Shown piece after piece: positions 52,535-62,647 of a DNA stretch of 64,000 nucleotides. The stretch is taken from contig CBDBHR010000028.1 of the NCBI GenBank assembly GCA_965205865.1, forward strand, positions 384,001 through 448,000, read 5' to 3'. Position 1 is the first letter of the stretch, and each line of letters opens with the position of its first letter. A program made the translations under genes and the position numbers. Below the pieces are notes generated by a model. That model had not been told where the DNA came from. It ran no database searches and worked only from the letters and a program-made list of their open reading frames with translations. The DNA is from a bacterium. GTDB lineage: Bacteria; SAR324; NAC60-12.

Positions 52535-53506
52535 GTGATTCCAAAACAAAAGAAACCTGGCGCTTGCTCGAGCTATCTGTTATGCTTGGCAGTCGCGGTC
52601 GCTATCCCATTCATTTTTTCGGGATTCACCGTATTTCAATTCACCTTGGCAGGCATCTATGCCATTGCAATTCTGGGTTTGAATCTATTGACCGGTTACA
52701 ATGGACAGTTTTCCTTGGGGCACGGCACATTTTATGCGATCGGAGGATACGCCGCGGCAATCCTGATGAGCAGGTTTGAGATGTTGATTTACCTGACAAT
52801 ACCAATAGCCGGTATTATAAGTTTGGCTGCGGGGTTTCTTTTCGGCATCACCGTGACTCGCCTGATAGGAATATACCTGGCACTGGCCACGTTCGCTCTC
52901 AGTATTGCCACGCCCCAAATCCTCAAATCCAGGCATCTTGAAGCATTCACAGGTGGAGTGCAGGGATTGGACTTATTCAGGCCAGAGGTCCCTTCCTTAA
53001 TCCCTTTGGATTTGGACCAGTGGTGGTATTTTGTCATGCTGATTATTCTCTTGTTTTTGTTATGGGCTTCAAGCAACCTGATCAACAGCCGTTCCGGGCG
53101 AGCGATGATTGCCATTCGGGATAATCCAATCGCCGCCCGTTCCATGGGAATCAATACCACTTTTTACAAAGCCATCACTTTTGGGGTAAGTGGTCTTTAT
53201 GCTGGCATTGCAGGTGCCCTGTCTGCAATCGTTATTGAATTTGTCGCTCCGGACAGTTTTACATTTATCATTTCATTCACTTTTCTGACGGGAATGGTGA
53301 TAGGCGGCATTGCTTCGATCCCCGGAGTAATTTTCGGCGCGTTGTTTGTTTTGTTTGTTCCCAATATTGCAGAGGATTTTTCTAAAAACCTTGCTTATGG
53401 CGTATTTGGTTTGTTGCTCATTTTAACAGTTTATGTGATGCCGACCGGATCGGCCGGTCTCACCCGCATGATCATTGCGCTTCTCAGAAAAAACATCAGA
53501 CGTTAA
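52535..53506 (+). CDS. LivM-like permease
   Basis: GYNGQFSLGH, YLALAT, GRAMIAIRDN. Confidence 0.9.
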   Translation: MIPKQKKPGACSSYLLCLAVAVAIPFIFSGFTVFQFTLAGIYAIAILGLNLLTGYNGQFSLGHGTFYAIGGYAAAILMSRFEMLIYLTIPIAGIISLAAGFLFGITVTRLIGIYLALATFALSIATPQILKSRHLEAFTGGVQGLDLFRPEVPSLIPLDLDQWWYFVMLIILLFLLWASSNLINSRSGRAMIAIRDNPIAARSMGINTTFYKAITFGVSGLYAGIAGALSAIVIEFVAPDSFTFIISFTFLTGMVIGGIASIPGVIFGALFVLFVPNIAEDFSKNLAYGVFGLLLILTVYVMPTGSAGLTRMIIALLRKNIRR

Positions 53507-53667
53507 GAAATCCATGTTCTTTGTGAGAAAAAAGAGGTAAGATTTTAGTTGCTTGCGCTGCTTTCTTGATCGATAGAAAAGCGTATTTGTTATGCTGTTT
53601 TTTATTGAAGATAGGCGCCTTTTTAATATTTCTCAATGAAACATTCGATGACTCTCTTGGAGGAAGT

Positions 53668-54897
53668 ATGAAAATTCTCAAACAAATGATGATCAGTCTG
53701 GTTTTCTGTTCCCTTATTTTTACTGTTGGCAATACATTCGCTCAAAAAGATTATGCTCCTGGCGTATCGGACATCGAAATCAAAATTGGCAATACCAATC
53801 CATATAGTGGTCCTGCCTCTTCATACAGTACCATTGGAAAGGCCATTAAAGCCTACTTTGACAAAGTCAATGCCGAAGGGGGAATCAACGGCCGTAAAAT
53901 CAACTTCATCTCTTTAGATGACGGCTACAGTCCGCCAAAAACCAAGGAACAATTCCGTAAACTGATTGAAAAAGAGGAAGTATTCGCCATTTTTCAAAGT
54001 TTGGGAACGCCTACCAATTCGGCGGTTCATCGCTACATAAATCGAAAGCAGGTCCCGCATTTGTTTCTCGCAACTGGAGCCGCCAAGTGGGCAGACCCCG
54101 AAAATTTCCCATGGACCATAGGATTCCAGCCCGATTATCAGGTGGAAGGTGCCATTTTTGGCTCTTATCTCTTACAAAATCACTCCAACGGCAAAATTGC
54201 TATTCTCTATCAAAACGATGATTACGGAAAAGATTACGTGACAGGCTTGAAAAATGGACTGGGTAATAAAGCCGATTCCATGATCATTGCCGAGGAAAGT
54301 TATGAAGTGACCGATCCCTCTATTGATTCTCAAATTATTAAATTGAAAGCATCTGGGGCAGATATTTTTTATAATGTAACCATTCCCAAATTTTCCGCGC
54401 AAGCCATCAAGAAAATGTACGAACTGCGATGGAAACCCGTGCACCTGTTCAATAGTGTTTCCAACTCGATTGCGGGGGTCTTGAAACCAGTGGGCTTTGA
54501 AAAATCACAGGGAATTATTTCCACGCGCTATCTACTCGATCCCAATGATCCCGAGCATGCGCAACATGAGGATATTCTCGACTGGCAGGAGTTCATGGAC
54601 CAATACTATCCCAATGGAGACCGTAAAAGCCCATTCAATCTCTATGGATACGTGGTGGCTCAAACATTGGTACATGTCCTGGAAAAATGTGGGGATAACC
54701 TGACTCGAGAAAACCTGATGAAACAAGCCACCAACATCAAAAACCTGAGAGTGCGAGGGCTATCTCCTGGTATTTTGATCACGACCACGCCCACAGACTA
54801 CCGACCGATTGAATCGATGGAATTGATCCAGTTCAAAGGAGATGGTTATATTAGTTTAGGTGGCGTCATTAAAGGTGGCAATGATCTGAACTTATAG
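53668..54897 (+). CDS. LivK-type substrate-binding protein
   Basis: GGINGRKI, DDGYSP; GGAGG RBS before MKILKQ. Confidence 0.9.
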   Translation: MKILKQMMISLVFCSLIFTVGNTFAQKDYAPGVSDIEIKIGNTNPYSGPASSYSTIGKAIKAYFDKVNAEGGINGRKINFISLDDGYSPPKTKEQFRKLIEKEEVFAIFQSLGTPTNSAVHRYINRKQVPHLFLATGAAKWADPENFPWTIGFQPDYQVEGAIFGSYLLQNHSNGKIAILYQNDDYGKDYVTGLKNGLGNKADSMIIAEESYEVTDPSIDSQIIKLKASGADIFYNVTIPKFSAQAIKKMYELRWKPVHLFNSVSNSIAGVLKPVGFEKSQGIISTRYLLDPNDPEHAQHEDILDWQEFMDQYYPNGDRKSPFNLYGYVVAQTLVHVLEKCGDNLTRENLMKQATNIKNLRVRGLSPGILITTTPTDYRPIESMELIQFKGDGYISLGGVIKGGNDLNL

Positions 54898-54920
54898 TTC
54901 TTGTATTTTCTTGAATGGGT

Positions 54921-56321
54921 TCATTGAAACAACTCCAGGTTCGCGTTTAAAATGTCATGAAACTCCCGGATTCGCTGGACGTAGCGCACGGGTTCTGAAC
55001 CCCGGGCATATCCTCTTTTCAGTGTTTTATAATATTTACGCTGTGATAAGAGCGGCAAGACAGTTTTCAGATCATGCCATTTGTTGGGATTCTTGCCAAA
55101 TTGTTTCGCCAGCGTCCGGGCATCATAGACATGCCCCATGCCTACATTGTAAGCTGCCAGAGCAAACAAAAGGCGATCGTCGCCTTGCACTTCTTGAGGA
55201 ATTCGATCAAATAATTGAGCAAGATACTTGGCTCCTCCCATAATGCTTTGCTCTACGTCCAAGCGGTTTTTAATGCCCAATTGTTTGGCCGTCTTCAGAG
55301 TCAACATCATCATCCCTCGTACTCCTGTCGGACTCTTGGCCCTGCTATTCCAATGAGATTCTTGATAGGCTTGCGCGGCCAAAAGGGTCCAAGGAAAATT
55401 GTGTTTTTCTGCCGCTTTTTTAAAAAGAGGTAACAAGGAAGGTAATCGCTCTGAAAGACGTTTGTGGAAGGTACGGATATCCACATAATCGAAGATTGGC
55501 AAATAGCTATAATAGCGTTCATACAATGCAGCAAGATGGTGGTTGGATTCATACTTCTCCAGCCAGCGGATGCTTGCCTCTTTCAGATCTTCGGCGCCAG
55601 GACGGATGATCCATGCGATTGGCAGAGCATCGGTGAGCGGAAATGCGATTTCCAATTCCGGGAAATAACGGCGATTGATTGCCACGATATTGGAATCCGC
55701 AACGACACATTCGAGTTCCTTTTTCCATACTTTTTCCAGCAGTATTTCCGTGGACATGTCTGTCACCGCCGTCCACTGAATTTCAGGCACCTCTTGTTGT
55801 AACTCATACAAACGTTCTTCATGACCACTGTCTTTGACGATGGTGATTTTGAAATTTGGCAATTCGTCGATGCTGCGCGGTATTTCTCCACCACGATGGC
55901 ATACTACCTGTTGCTGAACCTGGAAATAATCCGGTCCAAATAGATATTGAAGTTCCCTTTGTTCGATACGAGTCAATCCTGCCGCGGCAATATCCCCTGT
56001 TCCCTCTTTTATGGCTTCCAGGATTTCTGAGACACTATCCAGCACCTCGAACTGAGCGTTGACGCCTAAGTAGGCAGCAAAATCAGAGGCCAGGTCATAT
56101 TCAAATCCCGCCAGGCCGTCCTGTGCTTCATAATAAGTGGTGGAAGTATTGTGCGTCAGAACAACCAACACGCCTTGTTGACGAATCTTTTCGAGAGGCG
56201 AAAGTGGATCGGATTTTTGGAAAACATCGCATCCGGATGCTAGCACAACCGATAATCCGGCGAGACAAAGATACCACTTCATGAAACGCTCCTTGAGAGT
56301 CTTCGGGAAACGATATTTCAC
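54921..56321 (-). CDS. mltF: membrane-bound lytic murein transglycosylase F
   Basis: PBP domain plus YQESHW, GMMML, AAYNVG. Confidence 0.93.
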   Translation of the reverse strand: MKYRFPKTLKERFMKWYLCLAGLSVVLASGCDVFQKSDPLSPLEKIRQQGVLVVLTHNTSTTYYEAQDGLAGFEYDLASDFAAYLGVNAQFEVLDSVSEILEAIKEGTGDIAAAGLTRIEQRELQYLFGPDYFQVQQQVVCHRGGEIPRSIDELPNFKITIVKDSGHEERLYELQQEVPEIQWTAVTDMSTEILLEKVWKKELECVVADSNIVAINRRYFPELEIAFPLTDALPIAWIIRPGAEDLKEASIRWLEKYESNHHLAALYERYYSYLPIFDYVDIRTFHKRLSERLPSLLPLFKKAAEKHNFPWTLLAAQAYQESHWNSRAKSPTGVRGMMMLTLKTAKQLGIKNRLDVEQSIMGGAKYLAQLFDRIPQEVQGDDRLLFALAAYNVGMGHVYDARTLAKQFGKNPNKWHDLKTVLPLLSQRKYYKTLKRGYARGSEPVRYVQRIREFHDILNANLELFQ

Positions 56322-57475
56322 AACCGTCCGGGAGAGAGCATTGCTTCGCTGATACCCGCCTCAACCACATGTTTGGGAAAGCGGCGTTCCCGGATAAGGG
56401 AAGCGCAACAGACTGCCATGATTGGAGAAGTTTTGATCCCATATCCACCTTGTCCCACTAACCAGAAAAAATTTTGCACTTGGGGGTCGAATCCTAAGAC
56501 GGGAATACGGTCGCGGACGAAAGAGCGCAATCCGGCCCATTTGTGGCTGACATGTTGAATACGAAAATTAATAGCGGCATGGATTCTGTCGATACCAATC
56601 GCGATATCCAGATCATCCGGCCTGGCATCGTGGGGAGCCACGGGAGTCTCGTCGGCAGGAGAACCGAGAAATTTTCCGGAATCGGGCTTGAAATAGAATT
56701 TTTCGTCAATGTCTATAATCATGGGCCACTTGTCGATTTGGTATACTTCGGGAGGGTTCCCACCCGGTCGATGGCACAATACTGTGGGAGGATTGAACAA
56801 GAATGCCGTTCTTTTTTTGGGGACAAGACCGATTGATTTTGCCCCTGCTAATGTTCCAATGGTCTCTCCCCAGGCACCGGCTGCATTGACAATTAATTTG
56901 CAGGAAAATTCTTCTTTTTCAGTTATCACCAGCCAACCCTCTTGCAAAGATTGCAAGGCAATCACTTTGACATTGGTCGTCAGAGTCCCTCCCTGTTGCC
57001 TCATTGAATGCAGAAATCCTTGATGAAGGGCATGCACGTCAAGGTCCTTCGAATGCGGGTCATAGATGCCTGCCATTGCATATCCCGGTGTCAAAGCAGG
57101 AAAAAGGGAAAATAAATCGCTTTCTTGAAGTTGTTCGACTTTCCTTCCAGCCGTATTGATCCTACGAATTTCACTGTCCATTTGCTCTTTTTGATCTGCA
57201 CGAATAAGAAAGAGGACACCCCTGTCATTCAATAGAGGAAATTCACTGAACCCTTCAGGCGGAGACTGGAGAAATGGTTTGCTCAACTTGGCGAGTCTGC
57301 GAATCACGGAATTGCCGTAAAATTCCGTGAAAAGAGCCGCTGATCTACCCGTCGAATGATAACCAGGGTGCCCTTCCATTTCAAGAACCATCACTTTATG
57401 ATCCTTTGCCAGTTCAAATGCAGCCGAAGTCCCCGCAATGCCTGCGCCAATGACGATGATGTCGATATCTGTCAT
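56318..57475 (-). CDS. FAD-dependent oxidoreductase (D-amino acid dehydrogenase-like) with a 12-aa in-frame insertion
   Basis: GAGIAG, HSTGRSAA, WAGLRSF, GQGGYG. Confidence 0.9.
   Translation of the reverse strand: MTDIDIIVIGAGIAGTSAAFELAKDHKVMVLEMEGHPGYHSTGRSAALFTEFYGNSVIRRLAKLSKPFLQSPPEGFSEFPLLNDRGVLFLIRADQKEQMDSEIRRINTAGRKVEQLQESDLFSLFPALTPGYAMAGIYDPHSKDLDVHALHQGFLHSMRQQGGTLTTNVKVIALQSLQEGWLVITEKEEFSCKLIVNAAGAWGETIGTLAGAKSIGLVPKKRTAFLFNPPTVLCHRPGGNPPEVYQIDKWPMIIDIDEKFYFKPDSGKFLGSPADETPVAPHDARPDDLDIAIGIDRIHAAINFRIQHVSHKWAGLRSFVRDRIPVLGFDPQVQNFFWLVGQGGYGIKTSPIMAVCCASLIRERRFPKHVVEAGISEAMLSPGRL
56752..56791 (+). repeat. 36-bp hairpin element inside a CDS (in frame)
   Basis: gggagg-gttcccacccggtcgatggcacaatactgt-gggagg. 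Confidence 0.8.
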
Positions 57476-57590
57476 GATCGATTTTTATGCGTATTTGAAG
57501 GTGGCCTTGATTCTTTTTTCAATTTAAGGAGCGAGGTCACAACGTCGAGCTCTCCAATGCACGAAAACTCTGCGGAAACATCCGGAAAAT

Positions 57591-57623
57591 CCCTTCCCCT
57601 TGCGGGACGGGTCAGGCGAGGGG
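57591..57623. repeat. REP-like GC-rich hairpin, diverged copy 3
   Basis: cccttccccttgcgggacgggtcaggcgagggg. Confidence 0.5.
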
Positions 57624-57656
57624 ATATGAAATTTACCCTGCAACCGCGCGGGTTGT

Positions 57657-57696
57657 GAGGGTTCCCACCCCCATCGATCGGACAATATGTGGGAAT
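57657..57696 (+). repeat. 36-bp hairpin element, intergenic copy
   Basis: gagg-gttcccacccccatcgatcggacaatatgt-gggaat. Confidence 0.75.
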
Positions 57697-57716
57697 GCGC
57701 AATACAACAATAAATC

Positions 57717-58943
57717 TCAGTTGATCGTTAAAAGTTCTGTGATTTCCGAAAATCCGTTCTTATGAGCGATCATGAGAGCGGTCAGCCCCTTAAAATTTCT
57801 GGATTTGGTATCAATGCCTTTGTCAATGAGAAGTTGTACTGATCCAATATGGTGCTTGGCCACGGCAAGGGTGAGGGCGTTGTCGCCATCTTTTTGTTGG
57901 GCATTGATATCGGCACCCGCTTCGAGAAGCAGAGTAAGAATTTTCGGATGATATCCGGATGCCGCCAACATCAGCGCGGTCCAGCCTTCATTGTCTTTGG
58001 CATTCACATCGGCTCCCAGTTCGATCAGGGCACCCGCAGTATCCAGATGTCCCCGGACAGTTGCCAGCATCAAAGCAGTAACCCCGTCTTTCCTTTTCGC
58101 GTCGATGTCAGCTCCCCGTTCAACCAGCAGACGGACAATTGCGCTATCTCCCAAAAAACCTGCGAGAATGAGAGGAGTCCATTGCTCTTCACCGGGAGAA
58201 TTGACATCCAGTCCCTGCACCAGCAGTTTTTGGACTTTTTCAGAATCACCTTTCAGGATGGCATTGGCAACATCTTGCCATCCTTTGGCATCGGTATCCG
58301 AGCCGGAGGAAGTTTGCCACGCAGTGACATAATAATTCGGATTTGACAAGAGATTGATGATATCAAGATGGCCTTGTTCGATTGCCAGGATGAGAGCTGT
58401 TTTGTTGTTGGTGCTTTGCCGGAGGGGGTCAGCTCCTTGAGAGAGAAGAAGACTCACCATTTCTCTTTGATCACTGTAAGCCGCGATCATCAAAGCCGTC
58501 CAGCCGGTATTGTCCACGGATTCGAGATCTGCTCCTTTCTCCAAAAGCAGCCGGGCAATCTCTATGTTTCCCAGCATCGCAGCAGCCATCAAAGCCGTCC
58601 ACCCGTCTACACTTTTTTGATGCGGATCAACAGGATATCGCAGCAGCAATTCCACCATCTGAGCATGTCCCCGAAATGCGGAAATTATCAAGGGAGTCCA
58701 CCCATTTTCATCTCTGACATTCGCATTGGCGCCTCGACTGAGGAATTGGGTAGCAAGTCGAGTATCATTGTTCTCCGCCGCAGACAACAACGTTCTATCA
58801 CTTTGACTCCGGACGGGGGCAAGCATCACCCCAAAAAATGTAAATGCAAGAATCGGCAGGATGGCATAGTGGAGATGAAACAGCATGAGGGGTATCTGGG
58901 TAGAGAAAGAATGGTCATTCCTCCAGATTATCAAGGAGTTCAA
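57717..58943 (-). CDS. ankyrin-repeat protein, probably exported
   Basis: about 10 GWTALM/TPL...GADVN repeats after a hydrophobic N-terminus; start uncertain. Confidence 0.92.
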   Translation of the reverse strand: MNSLIIWRNDHSFSTQIPLMLFHLHYAILPILAFTFFGVMLAPVRSQSDRTLLSAAENNDTRLATQFLSRGANANVRDENGWTPLIISAFRGHAQMVELLLRYPVDPHQKSVDGWTALMAAAMLGNIEIARLLLEKGADLESVDNTGWTALMIAAYSDQREMVSLLLSQGADPLRQSTNNKTALILAIEQGHLDIINLLSNPNYYVTAWQTSSGSDTDAKGWQDVANAILKGDSEKVQKLLVQGLDVNSPGEEQWTPLILAGFLGDSAIVRLLVERGADIDAKRKDGVTALMLATVRGHLDTAGALIELGADVNAKDNEGWTALMLAASGYHPKILTLLLEAGADINAQQKDGDNALTLAVAKHHIGSVQLLIDKGIDTKSRNFKGLTALMIAHKNGFSEITELLTIN

Positions 58944-59057
58944 GAAAGTGACACGTTCAGTTTACACAACAAATCTTAAAAAGGCGAAATTATATTCAGG
59001 CTGATTGTCGGGAGAGTCTCGGTAACTTTATAAAAAGCATATGGCGCAACCGCCACT

Positions 59058-60515
59058 TTATACCAGGGGGGCAGAGACGAGCAATTTTTGGTGGGCTCTC
59101 AATAACCTGGCATTCTTCAATTTATTCCATCGCATCAAATTTCGAACGGAGACTTGGTATTTTTTGGCCAACGCATATAAGGTGGCACCAGGTTTGACAA
59201 CAATTGATTTAGGGACCGGGAAACGTTTTACGGTTCGCTTTGTCTTTTCTCGCAGCAATAATTCATATACGTTTCCGTTGGGACGGTAAATTTTTAGGTG
59301 CTGACCAATCTTGAGGAAGCTTTTTTTATTGATCCTGTTCCAATACCTGAGACGTGCTACGGTGGTATCGTGTTTTTGTGCCAGTTTCCAGAGACTGTCT
59401 CCTTTTTTGACACGTATATACATAAGGTTTCCGTATTTCGTCAGATATTGCAACATTTGGGTGGATTTGTTTGAATTCCTAATTTTAATTTTCCATCGTA
59501 TGTCGGGACCTGGTTGTTTTTTTAAGGACATGGCCAAATGGAGTTCCCGGTTGCGGGGGATATAAAGGGTGTATTTTTTTTCACGGATTGGAGGGATTCC
59601 TTGCTGCAAAGCCGGATTGTGTTGTCGCAATTCCTGAAATGTCATTTTGCTGCGTCTGGCGATCTCCTGCAATGAAAAACCAGTAGAAAGCGTGATTGTT
59701 TTCCAATCGATCGGTGAGGTTTTTACAATATGATCTAACTGATATTCCTCCAGATTCTTTGAAATTATGGTAACAGCCATGTAGTCGGCGACATATCGTT
59801 TAGTTTCTTTAGGTAGAGGCAAAGACCAGTAATCCGCAGGACTTCCTTTGGCTTTTGCTCGTTTGATATCTCGCCGAACGCGTCCTTCTCCTGCATTGTA
59901 GGCGGCCAATGCCAATTCCCATGAATTGAATTTTTTGTATAGATATTTCAAATGACGCGCTGCCGCCCGAGTCGATTTGAACACATCCATTCGCTCATCA
60001 AGCCACTGGTTTTGACGAAGATTGTAGTGAAGCCCGGTTGTCCTTATGAATTGCCAAAGCCCAACAGCTTTTGCTCTAGAACGAGCTTGTGGATTGTAGT
60101 TGCTCTCTGTCGCTGCCAAATATGCCAGATCTTGCGGAATTCCTTCTTCTTTGAAAATCTTTCGGATCAGTGGTAGATATTTTCCGGAACGTTCAATCCC
60201 GGTGATCAAGTTTTTTTTGCCTTCATTCAAATAAAAGCTCAAAAGCAGGTTCACTCTATTATTATAAAGGATGGGGATGTCGTAGTGAACTGGCTTTTTC
60301 TCTTCCTGGAGAGAAGAAATCTCTGGTTTGTCTGCTGCATGAATTTTGAGAGATGGGGAATTTTTTGCAGATTGATGCTTGGAAGCGTCCGCAGGTGTGA
60401 GAATGATTGCTTCCGATTGGGGAGGTATTGGTTCGGAAATGGTACAGGCAGTTACCAGAAAAATGGTAACCGCCCATCCCAACCAACCGTATTTTGGTTG
60501 AATCATGTCCGACAT
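59058..60515 (-). CDS. MltD-like lytic transglycosylase with LysM domains (lipoprotein)
   Basis: ES, GLWQF, AAYNAG, two LysM repeats, LVTAC lipobox. Confidence 0.9.
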   Translation of the reverse strand: MSDMIQPKYGWLGWAVTIFLVTACTISEPIPPQSEAIILTPADASKHQSAKNSPSLKIHAADKPEISSLQEEKKPVHYDIPILYNNRVNLLLSFYLNEGKKNLITGIERSGKYLPLIRKIFKEEGIPQDLAYLAATESNYNPQARSRAKAVGLWQFIRTTGLHYNLRQNQWLDERMDVFKSTRAAARHLKYLYKKFNSWELALAAYNAGEGRVRRDIKRAKAKGSPADYWSLPLPKETKRYVADYMAVTIISKNLEEYQLDHIVKTSPIDWKTITLSTGFSLQEIARRSKMTFQELRQHNPALQQGIPPIREKKYTLYIPRNRELHLAMSLKKQPGPDIRWKIKIRNSNKSTQMLQYLTKYGNLMYIRVKKGDSLWKLAQKHDTTVARLRYWNRINKKSFLKIGQHLKIYRPNGNVYELLLREKTKRTVKRFPVPKSIVVKPGATLYALAKKYQVSVRNLMRWNKLKNARLLRAHQKLLVSAPLV

Positions 60516-60664
60516 CCGTGTCTGACTTATATTGATTCAGCATCATGCTGAAGGAAATAATCATTGGGATGAAAAAATATTCTCTACCTTCTCCCAACAA
60601 TCATGCTGTAAATATTCTATGCAAATGATTTGCCATAATCTCTTACATTTACAAAATGATTACA

Positions 60665-61765
60665 TCAGACGGGATTGTATTTTTCCAGAAATGATTGTTT
60701 GAAGCCGGCAAACTGCTTGTTTTCGATAGCAACACGGGCTTTTTTGACCAAATTCAGATAGAAATATAGGTTATGATACGTGTTTAAACGCACAGAAAGG
60801 ATTTCCTTGGAAATGTAAAGGTGCCTCAAATAAGCTCTTGAATAGTGCCGGCATACATAACAGGCGCAGTCGGGATCAGCAGGTAACGAATCTTCTCGGT
60901 ATTGCGCCTGTTTGACGGAAATTTTTCCACGAGACGTGAACAAACAACCATTGCGGGCATTACGGGTTGGTAACACGCAATCGAACATGTCAATTCCGTG
61001 GTCAATCGCTTCCAGCAAATCTTCCGGCTCGCCAATTCCCATCACGTAGCGTGGTTGCTTCTCCGGAAGCAAAGGTGTGATTGTTTCCAGTATGCCATAC
61101 ATTTCATCCTTAGATTCCCCAACACTCAATCCTCCAATAGCATAGCCATCGAAGCCGATTTCCAACAACTCTTGCAAACTGCGTTTGCGCAAATCAAGAT
61201 GCAATCCTCCCTGGACAATACCAAACAACGCATGGCTGTTTTTACGAGCATCTTTACAGCGTTTCGCCCAAGATGAGGTCAGGGATAGCGATTTTTCGAT
61301 TTCTGCATAGGAGGCTGGAAGTCGTAAACATTCGTCAAAGCACATCATTATGTCAGATCCCAGATTCTCCTGAATGGCAATCGATTTTTCCGGAGTGAGT
61401 AAAATTGTGTTCCCGTTGAGATGGTTCTGAAAAACCACACCCTCTTCAGAAAGTTTGCGCAACTTCGCCAAAGAGAAGACTTGGAATCCTCCGCTATCAG
61501 TCAGGATGGGGTATGGCCAGCCCATGAATTGGTGCAATCCTCCTAATTGACGCACGACCTCATCTCCCGGACGCAGATGCAAGTGATAGGCATTTCCTAA
61601 AATAATTGATGCCCCTACCTCTCTCAATTCCTCCGGGGTCATAGCTCTGACAGTTCCAAGTGTACCGACGGGCATGAAAACAGGGGTGGAAATGTGTCCC
61701 CGGGTTGTTTGGATACGGCCTTTTCTTGCAAGACCGATATGCTCTTGCTGTTCAAACGAAATCAT
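60665..61765 (-). CDS. tgt: tRNA-guanine transglycosylase
   Basis: TPVFMPVGT, TDSGGFQ, FDCVLPTR. Confidence 0.97.
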   Translation of the reverse strand: MISFEQQEHIGLARKGRIQTTRGHISTPVFMPVGTLGTVRAMTPEELREVGASIILGNAYHLHLRPGDEVVRQLGGLHQFMGWPYPILTDSGGFQVFSLAKLRKLSEEGVVFQNHLNGNTILLTPEKSIAIQENLGSDIMMCFDECLRLPASYAEIEKSLSLTSSWAKRCKDARKNSHALFGIVQGGLHLDLRKRSLQELLEIGFDGYAIGGLSVGESKDEMYGILETITPLLPEKQPRYVMGIGEPEDLLEAIDHGIDMFDCVLPTRNARNGCLFTSRGKISVKQAQYREDSLPADPDCACYVCRHYSRAYLRHLYISKEILSVRLNTYHNLYFYLNLVKKARVAIENKQFAGFKQSFLEKYNPV

Positions 61766-61815
61766 AAATGATCAAGGCAGGTGGTTTCTGGTGCTTCCTC
61801 TTACAAAACAACGCC

Positions 61816-62601
61816 TTATTTGCCGGTGAAAGACTGAGTTGAGAAGACGGTTGAAGAATCTGAGGGTTCCCACCCGGTCGATCGAACAATACCGGAGGAG
61901 GAACAGGGTGTTTGCAGGTCTTGCCACTGTCCCCGGACGAGTACTTGCGCGGGACGGTATTCGGCCTTGTAGTTCATTTTGTAAGAATCTTTGACCCAAA
62001 ATCCCAGATAGAGCCAGGGAATCTTTAATTCCCGGCAGTATTCGATTTCATAAAGAATTGAATAGACTCCCAAGCGACGGAATGCGAAATCAGGGTGGAA
62101 GATGAAATAAACAGAACTGATAGCGGACGGCAAGCGATCAATCCAACTCACTCCGACGAGAAGATCTCCCAAGTAATAATGCGCCATCTCCGTATCTACC
62201 GGGCTTTCAATCAAAAAATTTTGAAATTCCCAAAAATCCGGCTTCTCGGAATTGTGATGCCATGCCACTTGATATTTCTGGTAAAGCTCAAAGCTCTCCC
62301 GGGAAAAATCAACAGGGTAATGTTCGATGCAAAGATCCTGGTTTTTTTGCCATGTCCGGCGTTGGCTCTTTGTCATGCGAAACTGCTTGACATCCACTCG
62401 AAGTGGGATGCAGAGGTGGCAATTGTTGCAGATAGGATGGTACACGGAACAACCGCTGCGCCGAAAACCATGGTTGAGTAATTTTTCGTAGGTTGCACCA
62501 GGGAGCGTTTCGGTTTCGAATGTGAGGTTCTCCCAAATACCCTTGTTTCGATAAGGACAAGGGCCATTGTTGGTGTGATAAAGTTTAAAATTCAGTGTCA
62601 T
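61816..62601 (-). CDS. bpt: ATE1-like aminoacyl-tRNA protein transferase (Bpt/arginyltransferase)
   Basis: CPY, GFRRSG, PICNNC, SQRR, YLGFWV, MNYK. Confidence 0.85.
   Translation of the reverse strand: MTLNFKLYHTNNGPCPYRNKGIWENLTFETETLPGATYEKLLNHGFRRSGCSVYHPICNNCHLCIPLRVDVKQFRMTKSQRRTWQKNQDLCIEHYPVDFSRESFELYQKYQVAWHHNSEKPDFWEFQNFLIESPVDTEMAHYYLGDLLVGVSWIDRLPSAISSVYFIFHPDFAFRRLGVYSILYEIEYCRELKIPWLYLGFWVKDSYKMNYKAEYRPAQVLVRGQWQDLQTPCSSSGIVRSTGWEPSDSSTVFSTQSFTGK
61862..61901 (+). repeat. 36-bp hairpin element inside the 3' end of bpt (in frame)
   Basis: gagg-gttcccacccggtcgatcgaacaataccggag-gagg; the two GAGG are exactly 36 nt apart. Confidence 0.75.
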
Positions 62602-62647
62602 AGTTGGCCTGAAATTGAACCAATTTTAGCTTTTTCCCGGAGAATGA

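Noticed and set aside
28679-61901. 36-bp GTT-starting hairpin repeat read as a CRISPR repeat
   Set aside because: Copies are isolated, diverged and on both strands, with no regular spacers and no cas genes in the window
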